Notes: generated from the letters alone by a model not told the origin. A DNA stretch of 64,000 nt from an uncultured Methanoregulaceae archaeon (GCA_963717525.1 OY970343.1:416001-480000); one strand, 5' to 3'. Shown: positions 51,169 to 61,900, numbered from the stretch's first letter. Translations and numbers: made by a program.

Positions 51169-53304
51169 ATGAAATCCTCCGCATCCCCGAGAATCGCGCT
51201 CTCTGTCAGGGCGAAGATCCTGATCCTCTTTTTGGCACTCTCCTTGGTGGCACTCTCCCTCACGGGCTATTTTGCGTTCTCGGCAATTACCAATGTCGGG
51301 TCATACGCCCAGGGGAGCAGCGAGGCACTGGGTAAAGGAGTCGTCAACGACAGCTCTATTGCCCTTCTCTCTCTGGGAGAGGCGTACCTTGTCCGCATAT
51401 CTGCCGACCAGGCAAATTTCACGGATGCACTTTTTAAAGACACTGATGCGGAGATGGAGATCCTTGATGCACAGACCGCCGAGCTCCAGCGCAACTCCCC
51501 GGTCGTCCCCTCAACCCCGGTCTACCCGGCGACTGCCCCCCCCTCCAATCCAAAGGCCGGAGCGGTACTCTTCTTTGCGCCCGGGGCAACGGCGACCCCG
51601 GGATCGGACGAGGCCCGCACCCTTGCAGGACTTGCTGATGAGCTTAAAGCAATATATACTTCCGATGGGGATCTGACCAGTGTTTACGTTGCTACCGATT
51701 CGGGAATGATGCTCTTCTACCCCGGAGAAGGAAACTTCCCTGCAGGATATGATCCGAGGGTCCGCCAGTGGTTCGTGGAGGCGGAAGCAGAAAAGGATAT
51801 CATCTGGTCAGATGTCCCGTATGTCGATGCGGACAACCATGGCCTGGTCATGACCTGTTCAGAGGCTGTTCCCAGTCCTGATTATGGCACATGGGTTATA
51901 GCCACCGATGTTTCAACAACAACCATCAACGAGAATTTCATCGGTAAGTCTCTTGGTGAAAATGCGTATGCCGTGCTCATCAACAAGGATGGGGATGTTA
52001 TCAGCCGTCCCGGTCAGTCCGTCGGGAACCTGACCTGGAACGAGCCGTTTAACAAGGAAAATGCCTTCTCAGGAAATGCCTCCGATCTCCGTGCTGTTGC
52101 CACAAATATGACTGCCGGAATGACCGGCATCGGAACAGTCCTGTTCAACGGCACGGAGATGTATGTTGCCTACGCACCGGTCAGATCGTTGAACTGGAGC
52201 CTTGCAATCTCGCTCCCGGTCAGCCAGATCACGCAGCCGGTTGATGCATTTACCGGCAGGATAGTGGACGCAACCCAGGACACCGGGACGCACATAACGG
52301 CCCAGACAGATTGGCTCGAGGAGGTCTTTGCTCTCCTCTTTGTGGCGATCCTGCTCTTCGTTCTCCTCGTATCAGTAGAACTCAGCAGAGTGATCACCCG
52401 CCCGGTCCAACGTCTCAAAGAAGGGGCGGCAGCCCTTGGGGGCGGTAACCTGAATTTCCGGGTGGAGATCCGGTCAGGGGATGAGTTCGAGGACCTTGCC
52501 CGTTCGTTCAATTCCATGGCCGAAGCGCTCAGGGAGAACATCGAAAATCTCAGAAGGACAACTGCTGAAAAGGAACGCTACTCAAAGGAACTGGAGATTG
52601 CACGGTCCATCCAGACCAGCTTCCTGCCCGAAAAAATGCCGGAGATTCCCGGTTTTGACATCTCTGCTATGATGATCCCGGCCATGGAAGTAGGCGGGGA
52701 CTTTTATGACATTATTCCTGCCGGAGATGGAAAGTGGGCGTTTGTGATTGCCGATGTCTCCGGAAAAGGAGTCAGCGCTGCGCTCTTCATGGCGATGTCC
52801 CGGACACTGCTCCGGGCTGGTCTCGAGGGTACGACTGACCTCTTAAAATCGCTCGGTACTGCAAACCGGATGATCACGCAGAATGCACCGTCAAGCATGT
52901 TTGTCACGGTGTTTACGGCGCTCCTGGATCCCGCACATCTGACCATTACCTGCATCAACGCTGGCCATAACCCGCCACTCATTATCCGGGGAGAAAGCGG
53001 AGAGATCTTATTCTTACGGGAAGGCGGGGTGGCGATGGGTGTCCTTCCCACAATGGAGAATGCGCCGGAGCACGTGTCGCTATTGCCCGGGGATCTTGTG
53101 ATACTGTACACCGATGGCGTGACGGAAGCATTCGACGCCGGGTATGCGGCATTCGGGGAGGATCGGCTGGTTCGAATCGTGCAGGAGTGCCGTAACCTCC
53201 CGGCAGGCAGTGTGAGGGAGAGAATCATATCGGGGATCCGGGCATTTACCGGCCCCGTACCCCCGTCAGATGATATCACCCTTCTGGTGATCCGGGTGTT
53301 GTAA
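51169..53304 (+). CDS. Membrane sensor with Cache, HAMP and SpoIIE/PP2C phosphatase domains
   Basis: TM, YDPRVRQWF (Cache), TM, HAMP (DEFEDLARSFNSM), EVGGDFYD, ADVSGKG, NAGHNPP, LYTDGVTEA, DDITL. Confidence 0.92.
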   Translation: MKSSASPRIALSVRAKILILFLALSLVALSLTGYFAFSAITNVGSYAQGSSEALGKGVVNDSSIALLSLGEAYLVRISADQANFTDALFKDTDAEMEILDAQTAELQRNSPVVPSTPVYPATAPPSNPKAGAVLFFAPGATATPGSDEARTLAGLADELKAIYTSDGDLTSVYVATDSGMMLFYPGEGNFPAGYDPRVRQWFVEAEAEKDIIWSDVPYVDADNHGLVMTCSEAVPSPDYGTWVIATDVSTTTINENFIGKSLGENAYAVLINKDGDVISRPGQSVGNLTWNEPFNKENAFSGNASDLRAVATNMTAGMTGIGTVLFNGTEMYVAYAPVRSLNWSLAISLPVSQITQPVDAFTGRIVDATQDTGTHITAQTDWLEEVFALLFVAILLFVLLVSVELSRVITRPVQRLKEGAAALGGGNLNFRVEIRSGDEFEDLARSFNSMAEALRENIENLRRTTAEKERYSKELEIARSIQTSFLPEKMPEIPGFDISAMMIPAMEVGGDFYDIIPAGDGKWAFVIADVSGKGVSAALFMAMSRTLLRAGLEGTTDLLKSLGTANRMITQNAPSSMFVTVFTALLDPAHLTITCINAGHNPPLIIRGESGEILFLREGGVAMGVLPTMENAPEHVSLLPGDLVILYTDGVTEAFDAGYAAFGEDRLVRIVQECRNLPAGSVRERIISGIRAFTGPVPPSDDITLLVIRVL

Positions 53305-53495
53305 GCACCTTAAATTCCGGAGATTCCCTTTCAGTATGCCCTGCCAGAGGGAATCTGAGTGTACTAGATAATAAGAGAACCCTGCCGTAATGCACATCTG
53401 GTAAAAAATGCTGAACTCCAACCTCTCCGGTACACAAGGGATCGCGGGATCCTTCTCTCATGTCGGCTGCAGACAAAAAGACGGGCCGCCGGTTT

Positions 53496-53783
53496 TTAAG
53501 GAACCGGAGCCTCTTCTTCCTCTTCTGTTGGCGGGGTAGTCCAGACCTTCCAGCAAAAACCAGCGATAGAACCGATAACAAAGATGACAAGCAGGACAGC
53601 GCTGAGGATATTTTCTGCAATATCCGTCCCGACCGGAATATCCATGCCCATCCAGTTATTGAACATGCCGATAAACAGCGCTACAATCAAAAAGAGAATG
53701 AACCCAACGATGATTCCAAGGATGACCGCAGATGCAAGCCGCAGAATGCCGGGAGTGGACGTCGTATTATCCATAAAATTCAT
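53496..53783 (-). CDS. Small two-TM membrane protein
   Basis: Two hydrophobic helices and an acidic tail. Confidence 0.6.
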   Translation of the reverse strand: MNFMDNTTSTPGILRLASAVILGIIVGFILFLIVALFIGMFNNWMGMDIPVGTDIAENILSAVLLVIFVIGSIAGFCWKVWTTPPTEEEEEAPVP

Positions 53784-53912
53784 GGTAAATCAGTCAATAA
53801 GAACCTTTTTACCCTCACAATCAGCCGAAAATGTGGTCGGATCTGCAAATTTTGTGGCGGAAGGCCGATATTTATATCACGGCAGGTGTAAAATGCATAG
53901 AATAGGAACACC

Positions 53913-54374
53913 ATGAAAAAAAACATCTTCTATCTGATGATCGGTGTTGTCGCACTTGTGCTCCTTGTGATCTTCGGGTATTCAGTTGAAAACTTCACCC
54001 CGGTCCTTTTTATGATCGCCTTTGTGATCGGGGTAATTCTTCTTTACCTCGCATATCGCAAGGTGGATGATTTTATTGAAGATGAACGGAGTGCGAGGAT
54101 CACCGAGAAGGCGGCCATGAGAACACTCCAGGTGTTCTGGGTGTGTTTCTGCGCTTTTTCGATCATGGCGGTGATGAACCTTCTTTATATGCCCCGTTTT
54201 TCCCGGGCATTCTGGCTGACTCGCGAGAATGACATTGTACCTCCGGAGTTAATGTCGCTGAAAACGATTGGATATATTCAGTTGGGGCTTCTCTGCCTCA
54301 TGATCTTCCTGTATGTCGGGTTCAGGATCTACTATGCACGAAAGTTTGGGGACTGGGAGACCGATGAAGAATAA
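53913..54374 (+). CDS. DUF2178-like membrane protein
   Basis: EDERSARITEKAAMRTLQV motif between TM helices; overlaps the following HTH gene. Confidence 0.8.
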   Translation: MKKNIFYLMIGVVALVLLVIFGYSVENFTPVLFMIAFVIGVILLYLAYRKVDDFIEDERSARITEKAAMRTLQVFWVCFCAFSIMAVMNLLYMPRFSRAFWLTRENDIVPPELMSLKTIGYIQLGLLCLMIFLYVGFRIYYARKFGDWETDEE

Positions 54375-54582
54375 GATCAAGGTGTACCGTGCGATGCAGG
54401 ATCTCACTCAGGAGGATCTTGCTCAGGCGATTGGGGTAACCCGGCAGACGATCCTTGCCATTGAGAAAGGGAAGTATGTGCCGTCCCTTGATCTTGCCTT
54501 CAGGATTTCACGTTATTTTAAGGTGAACATCGAAGAGGTATTCACCTATGAAGAAGGCATACGGACCGTCGATATCGACTGA
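54364..54582 (+). CDS. XRE-family HTH transcriptional regulator
   Basis: MKNKIKVYRAMQDLTQEDLAQAIGVTRQTILAIEKGKYVPSLDLAF. Confidence 0.92.
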   Translation: MKNKIKVYRAMQDLTQEDLAQAIGVTRQTILAIEKGKYVPSLDLAFRISRYFKVNIEEVFTYEEGIRTVDID

Positions 54583-54932
54583 TATGCCGGAAATCCGCGT
54601 GGTTTTGGATGGTGCCGGAATCCTGATCTCTCCAAGACCAGCCTGAACTTTTTTAAGCCTTCCCTGTCTTTCTCTTTCTTTGACGATGCGAATGCATCTT
54701 TCCGGTTCACTACCATCGCGACGTTTCTCACGTGTTTGATCGAACGCTGACTGATCTCCGGGACAATCCAATCATTCCTGCTATACGGTACTTCCTACCT
54801 TTTCTCTTCAACAGTTGAGAAATAGTCAGATGCCCAGATAATAAAGTATAAGTTACAAAATGTCCAATTTATATTACATTAAGTGGAGCGAAGGGCAATA
54901 CTTCCTCAGACAGGTTTTACAGGGTCCTCACC

Positions 54933-55019
54933 ATGAAAGCACCGGTCATATACTATGCTGCGCTTGTCGTGTTCTGCATTCTGACGTTAGCGGCCGGTAC
55001 GTTGACACATTGGGTATAG
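54933..55019 (+). CDS. Candidate 28-aa single-TM small protein
   Basis: MKAPVIYYAALVVFCILTLAAGTLTHWV*; TTTATATT TATA-like sequence about 60 nt upstream; below the ORF-track length cutoff. Confidence 0.4.
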   Translation: MKAPVIYYAALVVFCILTLAAGTLTHWV

Positions 55020-55286
55020 TCCAAGAATGGTGCGCGCCTGTAAGGGTATTTTTCTGTGTACATGGTATCAGGTATTTTCTTTCGTCGTGGTATGTGGCCA
55101 CTTCATTGCCTCCAGAGAAACTTTTTTATAACCTCCAGTATTAATTAAATTACAATAAGTAAAATATACATTACATAAGGCCGCCCGGGCCAAGCATGGC
55201 ACAGTCTTAAATGTACAAAATGGTATAGTTTTGAGTGTGCTATCCCCGGTCATGTGGGTTCCCTTACAAAGAAAAAATGGAGGATT

Positions 55287-56672
55287 ATGAAGATTCATAC
55301 CGCTCTCATCGGAATACTGATGATTTGTTTGATGGTTGGCGCTGCGAGTGCGGCAGGCAGCACGTCGGGTTCGACAAGTACCGGCAGTACTTCCGGAACA
55401 AGTTCCGTAAGTGCATCAACGACTGTATCGGCAGAACAGGCCCTGTCGCAGGTCTATGTGAGTTCTGTTACGGTTGACCCCCAGGAATTCTATCCCGGGG
55501 ACCAGGGAATAATTACCGTTCAGTTGACAAACACCGGTACCCAGGATGTACCATTTGAACATGCAGACATCCTCAACTCCCAGAATGTTTACATTCCCGA
55601 TGAAACCCTAAATCCCTATCAAGTCCAGACCTATCTCGGGCCCGGAAATACAATGACCTATACTTTCCAGGTTGTTGCAAAACCTCCCGAGGGAATATAC
55701 TACCCTGTCTTTTCCGTGGCTTCCCAGACTTCCGGAAGTATCATCTACCCCATCGAGGTCCAGGTTGCTTCAACACCGATCCAGGAAGTGATTTCCCTGA
55801 GACCGGATAATTTTGCTCTCGACAACACGGACAATGTTAACCTAACCATCACCAACCCCCGGGTCGGTGCCATCAGCAATGTCGAAATAATTCCGTCGGG
55901 CACCGGTTTTGGGATCTCTCCTCTCCAGTCCTTCATTGCCTCGATCCCCGGCGGCACATCGGTGAATGTACCGTTTGCCGTTACGCCGTACCAGGACGGG
56001 TCAAACGTAACCTTCAGCATCCAGTACAGCAACGGGCAGAATATCCAGAACCCGCACACGGATACCGTGGTCTTGCCGCTCGATATCGGTCCGAGCAAAA
56101 CTGCAGCATCAACTGACATAAACGATCTTGCACTCACCGTGTCGGATGGGGCGTACCAGCTGACCGGTGATGTGACCAACACGGGGATTACAGATGCAAA
56201 TGGCATGGTAGTATCTGTCGGGGCACCGGCAACTCCGGTTGAACCTTATTCAACCTATGCGGTAGGGTCCCTTACGTCCAACGACTTTTCCAGTTTCACG
56301 CTCACCTTTACCGCCTCCGACCTCTCGGCCATCCCGATCACAACCACGTGGAAGGATGACAATGGCAACACGTTATCCACGGTCCAGACGGTTGATCTGC
56401 GGTCCCTTGCCAGTTCGTTAGTGACCAGCTCGCGGAGCAGTGGATCCGGTTCAGGTACTACAGGAGCTACTGGTGTGACAGGCGCGACTGCGGGCTCAGC
56501 AGGGGGTTACGCAGGAGCCCGCGGTGGTGGCGGCCTTCTTGGCTTTGGCGGTGGTCGTGGTGGTGGCCTGAGTTCATTCTACCCGGTCATTATCGGTGCT
56601 ATCGTCCTTATCGCTGCAATTGTACTCTACGTCAAGAGGAAATGGATCCTTGCCAAATTCAGGAAGCAGTGA
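55287..56672 (+). CDS. Secreted COG1361/S-layer-domain-like protein with C-terminal TM anchor, accessory to the ABC exporter
   Basis: Signal peptide, Ser/Thr-rich beta domains, Gly-rich linker, TM plus KRK; GGAGG ribosome-binding site. Confidence 0.8.
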   Translation: MKIHTALIGILMICLMVGAASAAGSTSGSTSTGSTSGTSSVSASTTVSAEQALSQVYVSSVTVDPQEFYPGDQGIITVQLTNTGTQDVPFEHADILNSQNVYIPDETLNPYQVQTYLGPGNTMTYTFQVVAKPPEGIYYPVFSVASQTSGSIIYPIEVQVASTPIQEVISLRPDNFALDNTDNVNLTITNPRVGAISNVEIIPSGTGFGISPLQSFIASIPGGTSVNVPFAVTPYQDGSNVTFSIQYSNGQNIQNPHTDTVVLPLDIGPSKTAASTDINDLALTVSDGAYQLTGDVTNTGITDANGMVVSVGAPATPVEPYSTYAVGSLTSNDFSSFTLTFTASDLSAIPITTTWKDDNGNTLSTVQTVDLRSLASSLVTSSRSSGSGSGTTGATGVTGATAGSAGGYAGARGGGGLLGFGGGRGGGLSSFYPVIIGAIVLIAAIVLYVKRKWILAKFRKQ

Positions 56673-56685
56673 CCTGGTGTCGCAT

Positions 56686-57366
56686 ATGAGCGATATGCCA
56701 CTTATCCGGCTTACTGAGGTCACAAAAACGTACCATCTGGAGAGTGGTGACTTTACTGCGCTCGATCACGTATCTATTGATATAGCGGAGGGAGAGTTTG
56801 TGGCGATCATGGGGCCGTCCGGTTCGGGCAAATCAACCATGATGAACCAGCTGGGCATCCTCGATGTCCCGACCTCCGGGGAACTTTATATCGCCGGTGA
56901 AAATGTGGCAAAGATGTCAAGCCTCGAACGGACCCATATGCGCCGGGATATTATAGGGTATGTCTTCCAGAAATTTTACCTCATCCCCCTTCTTTCTGCA
57001 TATGAGAACGTGGAGTACCCGCTCATCCTCAGGTATAAAAAACGGGACACGACAGGACGGGCTGCCGACTATCTCCGTGCGGTGGGCATCGATCCAGATA
57101 TGGGCGCCCACCGGCCCAACCAGCTTTCCGGCGGGCAGCAGCAGCGCGTGGCCATTGCACGGGCACTGGTCAACGATCCAAAGATCCTTCTCTGCGATGA
57201 GCCCACCGGGAACCTTGACAGCAAGACCGGTCTCCAGATCATGCAGATCCTCTGCGACCTGCACCAGAAGGGAAAGACAGTTATCATCGTGACGCATGAC
57301 CCCCATATAGGTGAGTATGCCCAGCGGACGATCCGGCTTGCTGACGGAAGGGTCGTGGCATCATGA
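56686..57366 (+). CDS. ABC transporter ATP-binding protein (LolD/MacB-like)
   Basis: GPSGSGKST, LSGGQQQRVAIARAL, DEPTGNLD, VTHD. Confidence 0.93.
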   Translation: MSDMPLIRLTEVTKTYHLESGDFTALDHVSIDIAEGEFVAIMGPSGSGKSTMMNQLGILDVPTSGELYIAGENVAKMSSLERTHMRRDIIGYVFQKFYLIPLLSAYENVEYPLILRYKKRDTTGRAADYLRAVGIDPDMGAHRPNQLSGGQQQRVAIARALVNDPKILLCDEPTGNLDSKTGLQIMQILCDLHQKGKTVIIVTHDPHIGEYAQRTIRLADGRVVAS

Positions 57367-58553
57367 GGGATATCTTCTTTGATCTCTCTGTCAGGAGTGT
57401 CCGGCTGAATTTTCTGCGCTCTCTTCTTGCCTCCATCGGTATCGTGATCGGTGTTGTCGCCATCTCCTCGATGGGGATGCTCGGGACCAACATGCAACTC
57501 TCGGTAAAAGACCAGCTCTCGGCAGATGTTAATACGGTTATGCTCACCTCTGATGTGGTGAAAATAAATACTGGTCTTGGAGCCGCTCCATCGTCGAGTA
57601 CTATCGATTCAAGCACCCTCAACGATATCAGGGGGTCTGTAGGTGATAATGATGTGGTGCCGATCCACCATACGAGTACGCAGTTTACTGTTGGCGACCA
57701 GAATGGTCGCGGGTCGATCTATGGGCTTGACCCAAGCGATGTTCCCAAGTTTCTTACCATAGCACAAGGGTCGAATATCCGGGGCAGCGATGTGCTCGTG
57801 GGCGCGACCATTGCAAGTAACTTCAACCTTGTCGTCGGGAGCACGATCAAGATCGGGCAGAACTGTGCCACCATCTCGAGGCCGGTGGTCAGGGTTGCCG
57901 GTATTCTCCAGGCCCGGGGTATTGCAGCCGACGGCGTCAACGTGGATAACGGGATCGTAGCTGACGACACCTGGTATACGAACACATTCGGCGGACTGGA
58001 CCAGTACGACCAGGTGAACGTGATTGTAGCGGATGTTTCCACCATTAACCAGACCGAGGCGGCAATCAACGCAAAGGTCAACAGGAACAGTGACGTAGTG
58101 AGGGTATCCGATGCCAGTTCCCGGTTGTCGACCATCTCGAGTACGCTAGGCACGATCACCACCTTCATCATGGCGATTGGCGGGATCTCGCTCGTGGTCG
58201 CTGCAGTAAGCATCTTCAACGTCATGATGATGTCGGTCAAAGAACGAGTGCAGGAGATCGGCATCCTGCTCTCGATCGGGACGGAGAAAGGCGAAGTACG
58301 CAGGATGTTTTTGTACGAGGCACTCATCCTCGGTATCATTGGCGCGGTGGTGGGCGGAATCATGAGCTTTATTATAGGGTACTCGGTGGTGAGCGCCATG
58401 ATCGGCACCACTCAGTACTTCTTCACCCCGGACAGCCTGATCTACATCCCCTATGGTATGATCATCGGTGTGGTTGTCTGCGTGGTATCCGGGATGTATC
58501 CCGCGTGGGCGGCCTCGAACATGGACCCGATCGATGCCCTGAGAGCCGATTAG
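57363..58553 (+). CDS. ABC transporter permease (MacB/FtsX-like)
   Basis: RSLLASIGIVIGV, SVKERVQEIGIL..IG, YPAWAASNMDPIDALR. Confidence 0.92.
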   Translation: MRDIFFDLSVRSVRLNFLRSLLASIGIVIGVVAISSMGMLGTNMQLSVKDQLSADVNTVMLTSDVVKINTGLGAAPSSSTIDSSTLNDIRGSVGDNDVVPIHHTSTQFTVGDQNGRGSIYGLDPSDVPKFLTIAQGSNIRGSDVLVGATIASNFNLVVGSTIKIGQNCATISRPVVRVAGILQARGIAADGVNVDNGIVADDTWYTNTFGGLDQYDQVNVIVADVSTINQTEAAINAKVNRNSDVVRVSDASSRLSTISSTLGTITTFIMAIGGISLVVAAVSIFNVMMMSVKERVQEIGILLSIGTEKGEVRRMFLYEALILGIIGAVVGGIMSFIIGYSVVSAMIGTTQYFFTPDSLIYIPYGMIIGVVVCVVSGMYPAWAASNMDPIDALRAD

Positions 58554-58701
58554 GTTCTCTTATTTTTTTTATTTTCGGTGCGATAGCGCAAAAAAGGGGT
58601 ACTTTTCCATTTTGCCATTGGCTGGTTTCATGCTGACTAGTGCACCTCCCGTGTGCTATGTTAATGAAGCCCTTCGATCAAGCTTTTCCCGTGCATGATT
58701 C

Positions 58702-59569
58702 ATGAACTCAGAAAGAAAAGTTGGATGTATCGGCCTTGGGCACCTGGGCCATACGATCGCACAGCACCTGGCTGAGCAGGGTGTCTCCCTGACTGTATGG
58801 AACCGGACGCCGGCGAAGACAGGCGATCTCGGTGTGCCGGTTGCCCGATCTCCCAAAGATCTGGTTGAGCACGTCGATATTGTTATCATTAATCTTTTCG
58901 ACAGCGATGCCGTGGATGCGGTTATGTCCGGCCCGGACGGGCTTTTCTCTAGTTCCTGTGCAGGAAAGATCATCATCGATACCACGACCAACCATTTCGG
59001 CCGGGTGGGTGAGTTTTATGCACGGGCCCTCGAGCACGGTGCAACCTACCTCGAATGCCCGGGTACTGGGGAGCGTGGTGCCCGCATCCCAAGGAAAACT
59101 TACAATCCTTGTCAGCGGGGATAAGCCAACCTATGAACAGGTAAAACCGCTGCTTTCCCTTATGGGATCAGCCCTTTTCTACCTCGGAGAACCAGCACTT
59201 GCCACAAAGATGAAACTGATCAACAACCTGGTCCTTGGCTCATTCATGGCGGCCTGTGCCGAGGCGGTAGCACTTGGTGAGGCGGCAGGTATCGACCGTG
59301 GCGAGGTTATCGATATCCTTCTTTCGGGTGCCGGCAACTCAATGGTACTTGCGGCAAAAAAGGATAAACTCAAAAACGAGGAGTTTTCGGCGCACTTCTC
59401 TTCCGCGCTCATCTACAAGGATCTCCACTACCTTCAGGATCTCTGCCGCTCGCTCAACAAACCACTCTTTGTGGGGAGCACGGTAAAAGAACTCTTTGCC
59501 ATTACCCGGTCAAAAGGCATCGATGACAAGGATTTCTCCGCAATTTACGAGGTCTTCAAAGAGTACTGA
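58702..59569 (+). CDS. NAD(P)-dependent oxidoreductase (3-hydroxyisobutyrate dehydrogenase family); apparent frameshift near 59062
   Basis: GCIGLGHLG, WNRT, DTTT, (P)VLGS, MKLINN, KDL. Confidence 0.87.
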
Positions 59570-59598
59570 TCGATCACTTCGGTGATCCTTCAGGGAGA

Positions 59599-60396
59599 TT
59601 ACTGGCGCAGGAGATCGAATGCCCACCGACTCACAGAGGGTGCCACGTTCCCGCACCGGCGCCGGGTGAGCACCCGGTACCCTGTTTTTTCAAATTCGTG
59701 TACCAGTATTTCACTCTGCGCCCGGTTTTTGAAGGTATAGAAATGAAGCATCCCTCCCTCCCTGACCCGTGAGGTGATAAGGCCGAGGATCTCGTCCCTG
59801 CCGTACGGTGTCGGGATAATCGCCCGGTCAAACAATTCGGTGGGAAGAACGTTGGGATTGAATGCATCTCCCATGATCACCGTCACCCGGCCTGAAATCC
59901 GGTTTTCTTTTATGTTTTTCTCCATCCAATGGCATGCGTCCGGGTTCTGCTCTATGGCAACCACAGAGGCACCCCTAACCGCTGCAGGGATGACAAACGG
60001 ACCCACGCCACAGAACGGGACAAGCACCCGCTCCCCGGCCTGAACCTGAGTGGTAACTCGCCTGCGCTCGTGGGTAAGACGAGGATTGAAAAAACTCGTG
60101 TTCAGGTCAAGGGCGTAGGAGAAACCGTTTTCCTGGTGCGTTGTCACCGTGCTGGTACCGATTATGATCGTGTACTTTGCGGTGCGGAAATCGCCGGCTA
60201 CGTCCGCACTTTTTTTAACAACAGTCCGGATTGCGAGCCTGTGCTCCAGGATCGCACCCACGATCATTTTCTCGTAGCCTTGGAGGGCTGAAGGAATATT
60301 GACGATTGCTATATCGCCGACCACATCGAACCTGCCGGAAAATCCTCGAAGCTTGTCTGCAGGGATCGTTTCGTTGAGATCGTCTATGAGGGTCAT
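59599..60396 (-). CDS. Trm5/Met-10+-like SAM-dependent tRNA methyltransferase
   Basis: FDVVGDIAIV, HQENG, FFNPRLTHERRR, PFCGVGPF, EQNP. Confidence 0.82.
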   Translation of the reverse strand: MTLIDDLNETIPADKLRGFSGRFDVVGDIAIVNIPSALQGYEKMIVGAILEHRLAIRTVVKKSADVAGDFRTAKYTIIIGTSTVTTHQENGFSYALDLNTSFFNPRLTHERRRVTTQVQAGERVLVPFCGVGPFVIPAAVRGASVVAIEQNPDACHWMEKNIKENRISGRVTVIMGDAFNPNVLPTELFDRAIIPTPYGRDEILGLITSRVREGGMLHFYTFKNRAQSEILVHEFEKTGYRVLTRRRCGNVAPSVSRWAFDLLRQ

Positions 60397-60553
60397 GGAC
60401 AGATCACGGTACACAGCGACCGTGTAAAATCTCTTGTGCGGCGTGCTTCACGATCCTGCCGGGGGGATGAAGTCCCGGGATTAATCGTACAATTCCTTCA
60501 ATACGGATAAGCACCCCGGTATCCTTAATGGGACACCCACAGCGAGGACGTGT

Positions 60554-61168
60554 ATGAGGGAAAGAAAATCCGGCTTTTCACCGTCCGGCATAGTCTGCCG
60601 TGAAGATCTCCGGTTCCACACACGTTCCACACCATACCGGCAGATCCTCGATGTGCCGGAATATCATTTCGATGATATTTTAAAAGAGGATCGTGTCCTC
60701 GATATCGGTGCAAATGTGGGTGCATTCTGTCTCCGTGCTGCCCGCCTCTCCCGGCACGTAACCGCAATCGAACCGGTGACGGCTGATCTCCTCGCAGAGA
60801 ACATTGGCCTCAACCATGCAGATATAAAGGTGATTGCAGGAGCGCTTGGCACCGGGGCACCAGCAGAGATCACATGGGATGAATGCCGGGTGGTATCTCC
60901 TACGTACTCTCTTAAGGAAATTACAGAGATTGCCGGTGGCTGCGATTTCCTGAAATGCGATGCCGAGGGAGCGGAGTGGCTGATCCGGCCCCGGGACCTT
61001 GAAGGGATCCGGAGAATTGAGATGGAACTTCATGTCCCTCCTATCAGCCCGCCGCCGAATCCCGCGCTGCTGGATTACATCGGTGAACGATACACCTTCT
61101 CCATCGACCGCTCACCGGTCTATTCCCTGCTTGGCGTGATGGGTATCCTGCATGCGGTACTGAAATGA
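60554..61168 (+). CDS. FkbM-family methyltransferase
   Basis: VLDIGANVGAF, AIEP, DFLKCDAEGAEW, MELH. Confidence 0.85.
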   Translation: MRERKSGFSPSGIVCREDLRFHTRSTPYRQILDVPEYHFDDILKEDRVLDIGANVGAFCLRAARLSRHVTAIEPVTADLLAENIGLNHADIKVIAGALGTGAPAEITWDECRVVSPTYSLKEITEIAGGCDFLKCDAEGAEWLIRPRDLEGIRRIEMELHVPPISPPPNPALLDYIGERYTFSIDRSPVYSLLGVMGILHAVLK

Positions 61169-61218
61169 ATTGATCTATTCCGCAATTTTTTACAGTCTAA
61201 AAAAAGTTTGGCAGTATC

Positions 61219-61641
61219 CTAGTCTTCTATCTGGATCGTTGTCAGTTTTACCGATTCGACCCCTTTCTGGGACATCAATCGCTCTGCGAGTGCCTTGAGC
61301 TGTGAACCATCGCCATGCACGAGAATCACTTCCAGGCACCGGTTATGCGTGACATGTGAATGGAGTGAAGCCTTGATGATCTCGTGGAACTCGTGCTGGA
61401 CATCGGTGATGGTGGTGAGAAGCCCGCGCTGGTCGTGATCGTAGACCATCGTGATCACCCCTTCACGCTCCCCTTTGACATCGGCCATCCACTTGTAGTA
61501 GGTGATGTACGTGCGGATAGCATCGCGAATGCCTTCCGACCGGGAGGAATATCCACGGGCGTTGATGATTTCGTCAAACCGGTCGAGCAGATTTTTGGGG
61601 AGGGATATCCCGATTCGGGAGAGATCGTTATCAAGGGTCAT
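61219..61641 (-). CDS. nikR: Nickel-responsive regulator NikR
   Basis: RHH RIGISLP...SRSEGIRDAIR; YDH, HSHV...CLEV metal site. Confidence 0.93.
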   Translation of the reverse strand: MTLDNDLSRIGISLPKNLLDRFDEIINARGYSSRSEGIRDAIRTYITYYKWMADVKGEREGVITMVYDHDQRGLLTTITDVQHEFHEIIKASLHSHVTHNRCLEVILVHGDGSQLKALAERLMSQKGVESVKLTTIQIED

Positions 61642-61900
61642 ATAATCAGGTACGTGAATATCATAGCTGCTTCTTTTTTAACTTTTTTAAAAAAATGCGC
61701 GATCGGGTAATACTTCGTAAGACCAAATTATGAATCATAAACCATTCTTCTACCTGAGAATCCCATGGGTGTGTAAGCAGCATCCTGTCAGGCAGTCATA
61801 ATTTTTTTCAAACGTGTTTACTATTTTTAGTTTACAACACCAAAAATAAATTATTTTAACAAAACTTATAATCTTGCAGGAACAATGCAAGTTGATCATT

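Noticed and set aside
17341..59569. Mass pseudogenisation or programmed frameshifting
   Set aside because: The breaks hit core genes such as rfcS and CoA-pathway genes, are single-base, lack slippery heptamers and accompanying nonsense decay, and cluster at GTAC/AGCT; sequencing error is more parsimonious
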